Source of the DNA: an uncultured Lachnospiraceae bacterium
GTDB lineage: Bacteria > Bacillota > Clostridia > Lachnospirales > Lachnospiraceae
Length of the DNA: 64,000 nucleotides
Direction of reading: 5' to 3'
Assembly (NCBI GenBank): GCA_946630725.1
Contig: CAMOZB010000004.1
Location: 50,398-114,397, forward strand
Below the pieces are notes generated by a model. It made no database searches, had not been told where the DNA came from, and worked only from the letters and a program-made list of their open reading frames with translations. The translations under genes were made by a program, and so were the position numbers. This document shows, in pieces, positions 30,046 to 39,015 of this stretch. Positions within the stretch are counted from its first letter, which is position 1; each line of letters begins with the position of its first letter.

Positions 30046-30158
30046 ATTGACCCCCGAATTAATAAAAGTCGCTTATTTCTCTTAATATTATGGGACGATG
30101 AACCAGATAGTTCATCATCCCATATATTTAAATTATCAAGGTTTTTTTGTAAAAGTGA

Positions 30159-31616
30159 TTACTCAACTTCTACTGCAAGGTTGTCTGCTACCTGCTGCTT
30201 GAAGTCAGCGATTGCTGCATCTCTGTCCTTCTCGCCTGCTGTGTACATACGAACCTGATCTCTCCAGTACTGGTTGATTGTCTCATCATACTGTGTAAGG
30301 TTCTTACCATTTGCATAGCTGTTTGCCTCACCAAATACGTCAAACATATTCTGTCCGCCAAGGAACTCAAGTGTACCATCTGACATGTTCATAACTGTCT
30401 CAGATGCAACAACGTCCTTTGTTCCGCCGTCGCCGTTCATAGTTCCGTTAGCCCACATATACTGAAGTCCGTCTTCTGTGCAGTTAAGTGTGATCCAATC
30501 GATGATCTGTCCAACTGCTTCCTTCTTCTCAGAATCCTTGTTAGCCATTACCCATGTTCCACCCCAGAAGAATCCAACTGGAGGAGCACAAACTGCCCAG
30601 TCACCATAAGTACCTTCTCCAACTGCCTTACCACCACAGTTATCGCCGAGTGTGTAGTTGATCAGCCAAGCAGGTCCGAAGAAACCGAAGATCTGCTTCT
30701 CACCTGTTCCGCTCATATCTGCGAACCAAGCATCCTGCCAATCCTGAGTATCATTCATGTAATCGTTATCTTTAAGCTTCTTTGAGATGTCGATGAACTC
30801 TTCTCTCTTAGGATCGATATTGAGCTTTCCATCAACGATCCAACCCTTGTCAGAGCTGTTCTCTATAGCATGCCAGATATCTCCGTCACCAGAAACGATT
30901 CCATAGCCCTTACCCTTAAGAGTTTCAGCTGCCTCCCAGAACTTATCCCAATTCTGAGAACCTGCACCGATGATTTCAGCTATCTTATCCGGATCATCTG
31001 TTCCGAATGCATCCTTAGCGATTGAACGTCTGTATATAAATGCACCACCAGTTGCCTGGTATCCAAGTCCTACAACCTTTCCATCAGGATTTGTTCCGAT
31101 ATCAACAGTATACTGAGCTATCTTAGCTTCGTCGATCTCAGCCTGTGTATTGATTCCGAGATCATCATAAGGACATGCATATGAAGACATATCTCCCTGT
31201 GTGTACTTAAGTACGAAAGCTGCCTCTGCACAATACATATCAGGAGCATCTGCGCCACCAGCTAAAAGTGCCTGGTCGAGAGCTGGCTGATAAGCACCCT
31301 CTGTTGTAGCAATGATAGTAGTATTGATATCATACTTGAAATCTGGATGTGTTTCCTTGAACTTGTCGATCATGTTAGGGACCTCATCCGTGAATGACCA
31401 TACGTTGATTGTCTCACCCTCGCCAACAGGGCCTGAACTCTCTTCTGTAGAGTCATTTCCTGAAGCGTCTGCTTCAGTAGTAGCTCCAGCTTCTGTTGTA
31501 GATTCAGCTGCGGTAGTAGCGTCGTCTTTCTCTTCCTTGTCGCCACAACCAGTAACCATTGATGCTACCATACAAGCACTAAGTGCTACAGCAGCAACTC
31601 TTTTCATTTTTCTCAT
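30159..31616 (-). CDS. Extracellular sugar-binding lipoprotein (ABC solute-binding protein)
   Basis: 485 aa with a signal peptide and lipobox (MVTGCGD) and a Thr/Ala/Glu-rich linker. It is first in the SBP-permease-permease operon. Confidence 0.85.
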   Translation of the reverse strand: MRKMKRVAAVALSACMVASMVTGCGDKEEKDDATTAAESTTEAGATTEADASGNDSTEESSGPVGEGETINVWSFTDEVPNMIDKFKETHPDFKYDINTTIIATTEGAYQPALDQALLAGGADAPDMYCAEAAFVLKYTQGDMSSYACPYDDLGINTQAEIDEAKIAQYTVDIGTNPDGKVVGLGYQATGGAFIYRRSIAKDAFGTDDPDKIAEIIGAGSQNWDKFWEAAETLKGKGYGIVSGDGDIWHAIENSSDKGWIVDGKLNIDPKREEFIDISKKLKDNDYMNDTQDWQDAWFADMSGTGEKQIFGFFGPAWLINYTLGDNCGGKAVGEGTYGDWAVCAPPVGFFWGGTWVMANKDSEKKEAVGQIIDWITLNCTEDGLQYMWANGTMNGDGGTKDVVASETVMNMSDGTLEFLGGQNMFDVFGEANSYANGKNLTQYDETINQYWRDQVRMYTAGEKDRDAAIADFKQQVADNLAVEVE

Positions 31617-31739
31617 TTTAGAATCCTCCTAAATACTAATGAAAAAATCATCCTTATTTATGTGTACACATTGGATACAGGGGCTCCCTGTATCCCCTGA
31701 CTAAAGACATTATAGTAAATATTTCACAAAAACTCTTAT

Positions 31740-31771
31740 CATTAATTGCTATTGTTTTAACAAATGTTGCT
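31740..31771 (-). promoter_or_regulatory. Candidate AraC-type operator: two direct half-sites 21 bp apart upstream of the SBP operon
   Basis: The plus strand reads CATTAATTGCT (31740-50), 10 nt, CAAATGTTGCT (31761-71). The proximal site ends 25 nt from a TATAAT (minus strand, 31714-31709). The same geometry occurs at 38862-38893. Confidence 0.45.
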
Positions 31772-31812
31772 AATTAATTGATATTTTTGAGATATATTTA
31801 TCATAAATTGCC

Positions 31813-32862
31813 TTATTTAATGGAAAACTTATAAATACTTTCAGTATGATAATGCTCATCCGCATCAAATATCGGTGAATCAATATCATCCTCAGGGATA
31901 AAATTCATGGCATTTGGTATATACTGCGGTTCCAGGCACATTCCCGATCTGTTATGATATTCAAAATTGCCCTTACCCTTCTGCTCTCCTATAAAGTTAC
32001 CTGAATAGAACTGAGTACCTGTCTGGTCTGAATATAGATCCATACATATTCCGCTTTCAGGTGAGTATACAGTAGCAAAATGTCTGATATTACCGGTAAT
32101 GCCGTTTATTACATAGTTATGATCATATCCACCTACATACTCAAGCTGCTTTTCAGGCTTGTTTATATCCTCACCGATCTTCTTAGGTGTCCTGAAATCA
32201 AATACAGTTCCTTCCACTGAAGCTTTTTCTTCTGTAGGTATAGACTTTGAATCGATTACAGGATTATACGAATCAGCATTTAATGTAAGCACATGATCCT
32301 CGATGCTTCCCTTATAATGACCGTTCAGATTCAGATACATATGACTTGTCATATTAATAACAGTTTTCCTAGTTGAAACTGCATCATATGTTATCTTGAA
32401 CTCATTATCCTCGGTTATACTATATGTAACTGTCATAGTAACATCACCCGGAAGCTTCTGTTCACTTTCATCACATCTGCAAATAAGAGATATAGATGAG
32501 TCATTAAACGAAATGGCTGTCCACATCTTTTTATCTACACCAATTAATCCGCTGTGAAGATTATTCTCATTGTCATTCTGGTCCATCTGGTAAGTAACGC
32601 CATCTATTGTAACCTGTCCCTGATTAATACGATTTGCATTTCTTCCGATGATGGCTCCGAAAAATGTAGATCCTTCTTCATATGACTTAACATCATCATA
32701 TCCAAGTTGAATGTCACGGAGAATCTTCTGTTTATCCGGAATTAACAGCTTAATTACAGTAGCACCAAAATCAATTATGGTTGCCGACATTCCGGATTTA
32801 TTTGAAATGGTATATGCATTTACCATTTCACCCTTTGCAGTTTTACCAAAAACCTCTTTCAT
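31813..32862 (-). CDS. galM: Aldose 1-epimerase (mutarotase)
   Basis: 349 aa with GalM-family features: ...FGAIIGRNANRI..., NDNENNLHSG, and the C-terminal CLEPQ. Confidence 0.85.
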   Translation of the reverse strand: MKEVFGKTAKGEMVNAYTISNKSGMSATIIDFGATVIKLLIPDKQKILRDIQLGYDDVKSYEEGSTFFGAIIGRNANRINQGQVTIDGVTYQMDQNDNENNLHSGLIGVDKKMWTAISFNDSSISLICRCDESEQKLPGDVTMTVTYSITEDNEFKITYDAVSTRKTVINMTSHMYLNLNGHYKGSIEDHVLTLNADSYNPVIDSKSIPTEEKASVEGTVFDFRTPKKIGEDINKPEKQLEYVGGYDHNYVINGITGNIRHFATVYSPESGICMDLYSDQTGTQFYSGNFIGEQKGKGNFEYHNRSGMCLEPQYIPNAMNFIPEDDIDSPIFDADEHYHTESIYKFSIK

Positions 32863-32882
32863 ACTTTTTTAACCTCCTGATT

Positions 32883-34340
32883 TTATTGATACAACCCCTT
32901 TACTGTCGGATAGAGTTTTTTGAACTCCTTATACTTTTCTTCATATTTAGCTACAAGCTCAGCTTCAGGTTCGATCGTTTCTACAACCTTTACTATACTC
33001 TTTGCAGCTGATATAACATCTGTATATTTTCCGCATCCGACAGCGGCAAGTATGGCTCCACCGAGAGCCGGTCCTTCATCATTTTCCTGAATCTCCAGAC
33101 GGATATTCATAACATTTGCTATAATTCTGCGCCATAATGGACTTCTGTTACCACCACCACATATATTTGATACCTCTATCTTGATACCAAGTGATCTTGC
33201 AACCTCAAGAGAATCTCTGAGTCCGAAGGCAACCCCCTCAAGAACAGCCTGAACCATATCCTGTCTTGTTGTATCCATACTCATTCCCAGGAAGCCTGCT
33301 CTTACAAGTGGATCATTATGAGGTGACCTCTCTCCCATCAAATAAGGAAGGAAGAATACATTATTTTCACCAAGCTTTGTTATTCCGACCTGGTTTCCAT
33401 TATAATCTGTGTCTTCAAGTATCTGATCCATAAACCATTTATTACATGAAGCAGCTGAAAGCATACATCCCATGAGATGGAATCCTCCGTCTGCATGTGC
33501 AAATGAATGAAGCGAATTCTTATCATCTACAGTAAATTTGTCATTTGATATAAACAGAGTTCCTGAAGTTCCGAGCGACAGATTACATCCACCTGCTCCT
33601 ACAGTTCCGGTTCCTACTGCGGCTGCTGCATTGTCTCCTGCTCCGGCTACAACCTTCAGCTGTCCTGTTATACCGAGTTCTGCAGCTATCTCACTCTTCA
33701 CTTCACCAACAACATCGAAGCTTTCATGAAGAACAGGCATCTCAACATCTGAAATACCACATATTTCAAGCATCTCCTGAGACCATCTCTTATTTTTAAC
33801 ATCCATAAGGAGCATACCTGAAGCATCTGAGTAATCAGATACATAAGCACCCGTAAGTCTGTATACTATATAATCCTTAGGTAGCATAAGCTTCTTTATT
33901 TTTGCAAAATTCTCCGGTTCATTATTCTTAACCCAGAGGACCTTTGGTGCAGTAAATCCGGCAAAGGCTATGTTACCCGTATATTCTGACAGCTTATCCT
34001 TACCTATCTCATTATTAAGATAATCAGTCTCTTTGGTTGTACGGCCATCATTCCATAGAATTGCAGGACGGATAACATTATCAGCTTCATCAAGAATAAC
34101 CAGACCATGCATCTGTCCGCCTACTCCGATACCATCTACTGTTTTGTCATTCAGACCTTCCAGGAGTTTTCCTATTCCTTCGATAGTTCCCTTATACCAG
34201 TCTTCAGGATTCTGTTCAGACCAACCACTTTGAGGAAAGCTGATAGGATATTCAACTGAAACTGTTTTTAATATCTTGCTGTCGTCACTCATAGCAAGAA
34301 GCTTTACTGCTGATGTTCCTAAATCTATTCCTATAAACAT
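32883..34340 (-). CDS. xylB: FGGY-family xylulokinase
   Basis: 485 aa. The N-terminus MFIGIDLGTSAVKLL and the overall length and motifs (GGQMHG, GAGDNAAAAVG) match XylB-type kinases. Confidence 0.82.
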   Translation of the reverse strand: MFIGIDLGTSAVKLLAMSDDSKILKTVSVEYPISFPQSGWSEQNPEDWYKGTIEGIGKLLEGLNDKTVDGIGVGGQMHGLVILDEADNVIRPAILWNDGRTTKETDYLNNEIGKDKLSEYTGNIAFAGFTAPKVLWVKNNEPENFAKIKKLMLPKDYIVYRLTGAYVSDYSDASGMLLMDVKNKRWSQEMLEICGISDVEMPVLHESFDVVGEVKSEIAAELGITGQLKVVAGAGDNAAAAVGTGTVGAGGCNLSLGTSGTLFISNDKFTVDDKNSLHSFAHADGGFHLMGCMLSAASCNKWFMDQILEDTDYNGNQVGITKLGENNVFFLPYLMGERSPHNDPLVRAGFLGMSMDTTRQDMVQAVLEGVAFGLRDSLEVARSLGIKIEVSNICGGGNRSPLWRRIIANVMNIRLEIQENDEGPALGGAILAAVGCGKYTDVISAAKSIVKVVETIEPEAELVAKYEEKYKEFKKLYPTVKGLYQ

Positions 34341-34384
34341 TATCTATCCTCCGTTTTTCTATTAATTACCGTGTTATTTATATA

Positions 34385-34428
34385 TAAACGAAATAGGGGC
34401 AAGTTCTGCATGTAGCAAAACCTACCCC
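34385..34428 (-). terminator. Possible intrinsic terminator/attenuator between isomerase and xylB
   Basis: In the minus-strand RNA, GGGGUAGGUU pairs with AACUUGCCCC (10 bp including 2 G-U pairs, 13-nt loop). It is followed by UAUUUCGUUUAU. Confidence 0.4.
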
Positions 34429-34451
34429 CGTCCCCCTGTAGTATTTATTAT

Positions 34452-35933
34452 TTACTTAAAAGGATTCTCTGATGGATATCTGTCGTTTGCCGGACGATTA
34501 TATTCAATCTCATCTAATTCTACGCCGATAAACTTAAATACCTCGAATAGAAGTCTTCCGTTATGATGGAAAGTGATTGCTGCATGATGTGGATAATTCT
34601 TTTCTACAAGTACATGTCTGTAGAATCTTCCCATCTCAGGAACTGCGAATATTCCGATTGAACCAAATGATCTGGTTCTTACAGGAAGTATCTCACCTTC
34701 AGCAACGTAGGCTCTGAGCTTAGAATCTGATGTACTCTGAAGTCTGTAAACAGTTGCCTCACCCGGAATAAGATCTCCTTCAAGTGTTCCGTTTGTAACT
34801 TCTTCAGGAAGTGTTCTTGCCATAATCTTCTGGTTCTTCATCTCATGGAAGGCAAGCTTGGTAGTACATGTGTTTCCGCAATGGAATCCCATAAATGTAT
34901 CCTTTATTGTATAGTCATAATCGAACTTACCCTTGATTTCTTCCTCGAACATATCCTTTGGAACTGAGTTATTGATATCAAGAAGTGTAACTGCATCATC
35001 AGATACAAGCTGACCGATATACTCTGAAAGTGCTCCGTAGATATCAACCTCACAGGATACAGGGATGCCTCTCTTAGCCAGGCGGCTGTTAACGTAGCAA
35101 GGAACAAATCCGAACTGTGTCTGGAATGCAGGCCAGCACTTTCCTGCTATTACAGTGAACTCTCTGCTTCCCTTATGGCCTTCAATCCAGTCAAGAAGTG
35201 TAAGTTCATACTGAGCAAGCTTGTTTAACACTTCAGGCTTCTTGTTACCGCTTCCCAGCTCTGCAGCCATGTCAGCTGCAACCTCAGCTATACGAGGATC
35301 ATCAGCATGCTTGTTAAATGCCTCAAAGAGGTCAAGCTCTGAGTTCTCTTCTATCTCTATTCCAAGATTGTAGAGCTGCTTTATAGGAGCGTTACAAGCA
35401 AGGAAGTCCTGAGGTCTCGGACCGAAGCCTATGATCTTCAGATTACTAAGGGCTATTCTTACCTTAGCAATTGTTTTAAAGTCATAAATCATATCAGCTA
35501 TTTCATCAGCTGTTCCTACTGGATACTCAGGTATATAAGCCTTGAGATTTCTGAGATACAGATTATAGCTTGCATTCAGCATTCCACAGTATGCATCTCC
35601 CCTGTCATCACAGAGCTTGTCTCCTGCTTCCTCTGCAGCAGCAACTACCATAGATGGTCCGTCGAATTCTTTTACAAGAAGTATCTCGCTGCTCTCTGGT
35701 CCGAAGTTTCCAAGGAAAACAACCAGTGCATTACATCCTGCAGCATTAACCTCTGAAAGAGCCTTTCTCATATCTATCTCATTTTCAACTGTTGTCTTGC
35801 AGTTAAATATCTCACCATAAGTCTTGGTGTATTCAGCTACTACAGCCTCACGTCTGCTTTCTGACAGGCTCATCGGGAAACAGTCTCTGCTAACTGCGAT
35901 TATTCCTAATTTTACTTCCGGCATATTCTGCAT
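34452..35933 (-). CDS. L-fucose/L-arabinose isomerase-superfamily sugar isomerase (substrate unknown)
   Basis: 493 aa. The N-terminal KLGIIAVSRDCFP, the central CEVDIYGALSEY and GFHCGN resemble the short FucI-like family, judging from my memory of the family. It is not XylA-like or AraA-like at the N-terminus. Confidence 0.6.
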   Translation of the reverse strand: MQNMPEVKLGIIAVSRDCFPMSLSESRREAVVAEYTKTYGEIFNCKTTVENEIDMRKALSEVNAAGCNALVVFLGNFGPESSEILLVKEFDGPSMVVAAAEEAGDKLCDDRGDAYCGMLNASYNLYLRNLKAYIPEYPVGTADEIADMIYDFKTIAKVRIALSNLKIIGFGPRPQDFLACNAPIKQLYNLGIEIEENSELDLFEAFNKHADDPRIAEVAADMAAELGSGNKKPEVLNKLAQYELTLLDWIEGHKGSREFTVIAGKCWPAFQTQFGFVPCYVNSRLAKRGIPVSCEVDIYGALSEYIGQLVSDDAVTLLDINNSVPKDMFEEEIKGKFDYDYTIKDTFMGFHCGNTCTTKLAFHEMKNQKIMARTLPEEVTNGTLEGDLIPGEATVYRLQSTSDSKLRAYVAEGEILPVRTRSFGSIGIFAVPEMGRFYRHVLVEKNYPHHAAITFHHNGRLLFEVFKFIGVELDEIEYNRPANDRYPSENPFK

Positions 35934-35956
35934 TTTCGTATCCTCCTAATTTTTAA

Positions 35957-36610
35957 TTAATCTCCGAAGACTTTACGATAGTCTTCCTGGAACTTTACAA
36001 TACCCTGATCTGTAAGCGGATGCTTTGTCATCTGCTCGATTACTCCGTAAGGTACTGTAGCTATATCAGCTCCGGCAAGAGCACACTCTGTTACATGAAC
36101 AGTGTTTCTGATGCTGGCAGCAATAATTTCAGTTTCTATATCATAATTACTGAATATCTGAACTATATGCTCGATAAGCTCGATACCAGGTGAACTGATA
36201 TCATCAAGTCTTCCGAGGAAAGGTGAAACATATGTTGCACCTGCTCTTGCAGCAAGAAGTGCCTGATTTGCTGAGAAGATAAGTGTTACATTTGTTTTGA
36301 TTCCTTCAGCTGAGAGAACCTTAACAGCCTTGAGACCTTCAACAGTCATAGGAATCTTAACAATCATGTTAGGATGAATGGCTGCAATCTCACGACCTTC
36401 TGCTATCATTCCTTCAGCATCAACAGTAGTTGCTTTAACCTCACCACTGATAGGACCATCAACAATAGAAGTAATCTCCTTAATAACCTCTGTGAAGTCT
36501 CTTCCTTCCTTAGCGATAAGTGAAGGGTTTGTAGTAACGCCACAGATTACTCCCATATCATTTGCTTTTCTGATGTCATCTACATTTGCAGTATCAATAA
36601 AGAATTTCAT
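35957..36610 (-). CDS. tal: Transaldolase / fructose-6-phosphate aldolase (short TalC/Fsa type)
   Basis: 217 aa and near-collinear with B. subtilis Tal. Shared stretches are [21 protein letters not shown], the catalytic Lys in VKIPMT, and [32 protein letters not shown]. Confidence 0.9.
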   Translation of the reverse strand: MKFFIDTANVDDIRKANDMGVICGVTTNPSLIAKEGRDFTEVIKEITSIVDGPISGEVKATTVDAEGMIAEGREIAAIHPNMIVKIPMTVEGLKAVKVLSAEGIKTNVTLIFSANQALLAARAGATYVSPFLGRLDDISSPGIELIEHIVQIFSNYDIETEIIAASIRNTVHVTECALAGADIATVPYGVIEQMTKHPLTDQGIVKFQEDYRKVFGD

Positions 36611-36627
36611 GTTGTTCCTCCGATTAT

Positions 36628-38766
36628 TTATAAACTTATTTTTCCTTCAAGACAGGTATTTCCTGTCAGTTCAGTACTTCTCTTATCAGGCTGCTGTCCG
36701 CCTACATATATCTTGTAATCACCCTTTAGTACAGTTCTCTGTCCATTTTCAAGAACTGTATCAAATGTTCTGTCCTTGAATTCAAAGTTTACAACCTTGA
36801 ATTCTCCGGGCTCAAGAGTAACTCTTTCAAATCCTGCCAGACTGTACTTAGGCTGGTTAGCAGGATCAAGAAGTGATTCGAGATCATTTACGTCTGTATT
36901 TTTACCGTTCTGAAGCTTTTCTTCAGGAAGCTTATCGATATAAAGCTCTGCAATTTCATCAGCCTTAACAGTTCCTGTATTTTTTACAGTAACTATGGCA
37001 CCCTTTTCAGTAACGCTTAAGTCATAATATTCAAAGCTTGAATATGATAGTCCATATCCGAAAGGATAAAGCGTTTCGCCTTCAAAATATCTGTAGGTTC
37101 TTCCCTTCATACTGTAGTCTTCCATAGGAGGCTGAGTTCCGTCTTTATAGAATGTAACAGGAAGCTTTCCGCCCGGAACTGCATTACCGAAAATTATATC
37201 AGCAACTGCCTGTCCGCCTGCCTGACCACTGTACCAGCTCTGAATAACTGCGTTACACTTCTCGTTTTCAAGGCTGAGATCCATCGCACTACCAGTATTA
37301 CATACAAGGATTACAGGTTTTCCTGTAGAGATAACTCTTTCAACCAGCTTTCTCTGAGGCTCAAGCAGATAAAGAGATGTTTTATCTCCGCCTGCAAATG
37401 CATTTCCTGTATCGCCCTGTTCTCCTTCAATAGTAGAATCAAGTCCGACATAAAGGATAACTACATCTGCAGCCTTAGCACACATCTCTGCCTCACTGAG
37501 TCTGTCATCATCAAATGCAAGATTCTGAACCTTGCTTTCAAAGAGATGCGATCCTTCTGAATAAAGAACTCTGGTTCCCGGATTAACAGTTCTTCTTATC
37601 CCCTCAAGATTTGTAACATATCTAGATGATGTTCCATTATAATTTCCTTCGAGAACCATTATAGAGGTAGCTGTTGGTCCGATAACTGCAACTGACTTTA
37701 TAGCATCCTTATTAAGAGGAAGTATTCCGTCATTCTTAAGAAGTACAGTTGAGTTAACGCTTGCTTTATAAGAAAGCTCAGCTGATTCATCTGTATCTAT
37801 GGCTTCAAGACCAATCTTGTCATACTCACAATCATCATCGAACATTCCTAGTGCAGCTCTTATAGTATATGCACTTATAGCAGCTTCTCTAATTTCTTCC
37901 TCAGTTACAAGTCCCTGATCATATGCTTCCATCATGCTCTGGTAAGCTATACCTGCATTAACATCACATGTTGCCTTAAGTGCAAGTGCACATGTCTCAT
38001 AAACATTTGATGTGACATGATGAGTCTCATGTATATCCATAAGAGCCATAAAATCAGATACGAAATATCCATCAAAACCCCAGTCTTTTCTGAGACGCTG
38101 CTGAACCAGCTCTGAACTAGCACAGGCCGGCTCACCATTTACTCTGTTATAAGCACCCATAACACCTGCAACATCTGCTTCTTTAATTGCATCATAGAAT
38201 GCAGGAGTATATGTCTCTTCTATATCTTTTTCATTTACAATCGCATCAAATCCGTGTCTTATCGCTTCAGGTCCTGAGTGAACTGCATAATGCTTTGCAC
38301 ACGCAGCTGCCTTCATATATTTGCCGGCACCTTGAAGACCCTTTATAAAAGCAACTCCGAGTCTTCCGGTAAGATAAGGATCCTCACCATAGGTTTCCTG
38401 ACCTCTGCCCCATCTTGCATCTCTGAATATATTCACATTCGGTGACCACATGGTAATACCCTTATACAGGTCTCTGTCCTCGAGCTTTCTGGATTCGTTA
38501 TACTTAGCTCTTGCTTCTGTAGCTATAACATCTCCGATTTTCTCAAGCATATCCTTATCAAACATAGCAGCAAGTGCTATAGCTTGAGGAAATACCGTGG
38601 CTGTACCTGCTCTTGCGAGTCCATGAAGTCCTTCATTCCACCAGTTGTAAGCCGGGATTCCCAGTCTCTCGATAGCCGGACTATCATATCTAATCTGAGA
38701 AGCAGCTTCCTCAAGTGTCATGGAATCTACCAAAGATTTTGCCTTTTCCCTGAATTCTTTTTTCAT
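36628..38766 (-). CDS. Glycoside hydrolase family 3 beta-glucosidase/beta-xylosidase
   Basis: 712 aa with GH3 N-domain motifs (NWWNEGLHG; [10 protein letters not shown]) and the nucleophile region [14 protein letters not shown]-terminal FnIII-like domain is present and there is no signal peptide. Confidence 0.9.
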   Translation of the reverse strand: MKKEFREKAKSLVDSMTLEEAASQIRYDSPAIERLGIPAYNWWNEGLHGLARAGTATVFPQAIALAAMFDKDMLEKIGDVIATEARAKYNESRKLEDRDLYKGITMWSPNVNIFRDARWGRGQETYGEDPYLTGRLGVAFIKGLQGAGKYMKAAACAKHYAVHSGPEAIRHGFDAIVNEKDIEETYTPAFYDAIKEADVAGVMGAYNRVNGEPACASSELVQQRLRKDWGFDGYFVSDFMALMDIHETHHVTSNVYETCALALKATCDVNAGIAYQSMMEAYDQGLVTEEEIREAAISAYTIRAALGMFDDDCEYDKIGLEAIDTDESAELSYKASVNSTVLLKNDGILPLNKDAIKSVAVIGPTATSIMVLEGNYNGTSSRYVTNLEGIRRTVNPGTRVLYSEGSHLFESKVQNLAFDDDRLSEAEMCAKAADVVILYVGLDSTIEGEQGDTGNAFAGGDKTSLYLLEPQRKLVERVISTGKPVILVCNTGSAMDLSLENEKCNAVIQSWYSGQAGGQAVADIIFGNAVPGGKLPVTFYKDGTQPPMEDYSMKGRTYRYFEGETLYPFGYGLSYSSFEYYDLSVTEKGAIVTVKNTGTVKADEIAELYIDKLPEEKLQNGKNTDVNDLESLLDPANQPKYSLAGFERVTLEPGEFKVVNFEFKDRTFDTVLENGQRTVLKGDYKIYVGGQQPDKRSTELTGNTCLEGKISL

Positions 38767-38861
38767 TTCGATTCTCCGATCTGATTACTGACAACTAAAA
38801 AACATAGTTATTCAAAATACTTTCTCGCTCATAGTAACATAGATATATATCAAATACTTTT

Positions 38862-38893
38862 CAAATGTTGCTTTATGTTTTACATAAGTTGCT
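38862..38893 (-). promoter_or_regulatory. Candidate AraC-type operator: two direct half-sites 21 bp apart upstream of the GH3 operon
   Basis: The plus strand reads CAAATGTTGCT (38862-72), 10 nt, CATAAGTTGCT (38883-93). The proximal site ends 25 nt from TACTAT (minus strand, 38836-38831). Confidence 0.45.
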
Positions 38894-38919
38894 ATATATA
38901 ATTTTGATACTATTGACAT

Positions 38920-38948
38920 TTGAAATATATACATGTTTGCATTATAAT
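38920..38948 (+). promoter_or_regulatory. Sigma-A-type promoter candidate for the 1404-aa gene
   Basis: TTGAAA (38920-25), a 17-nt spacer, then TATAAT (38943-48). It lies about 68 nt upstream of GTG 39016, and AAGGAG lies 9 nt before that start. Confidence 0.45.
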
Positions 38949-39015
38949 AGTAGGGCTACGATTATGAGACATCATTTAAGACACTGTAAATCTTGAAAAA
39001 TAAGGAGTATAGCAC

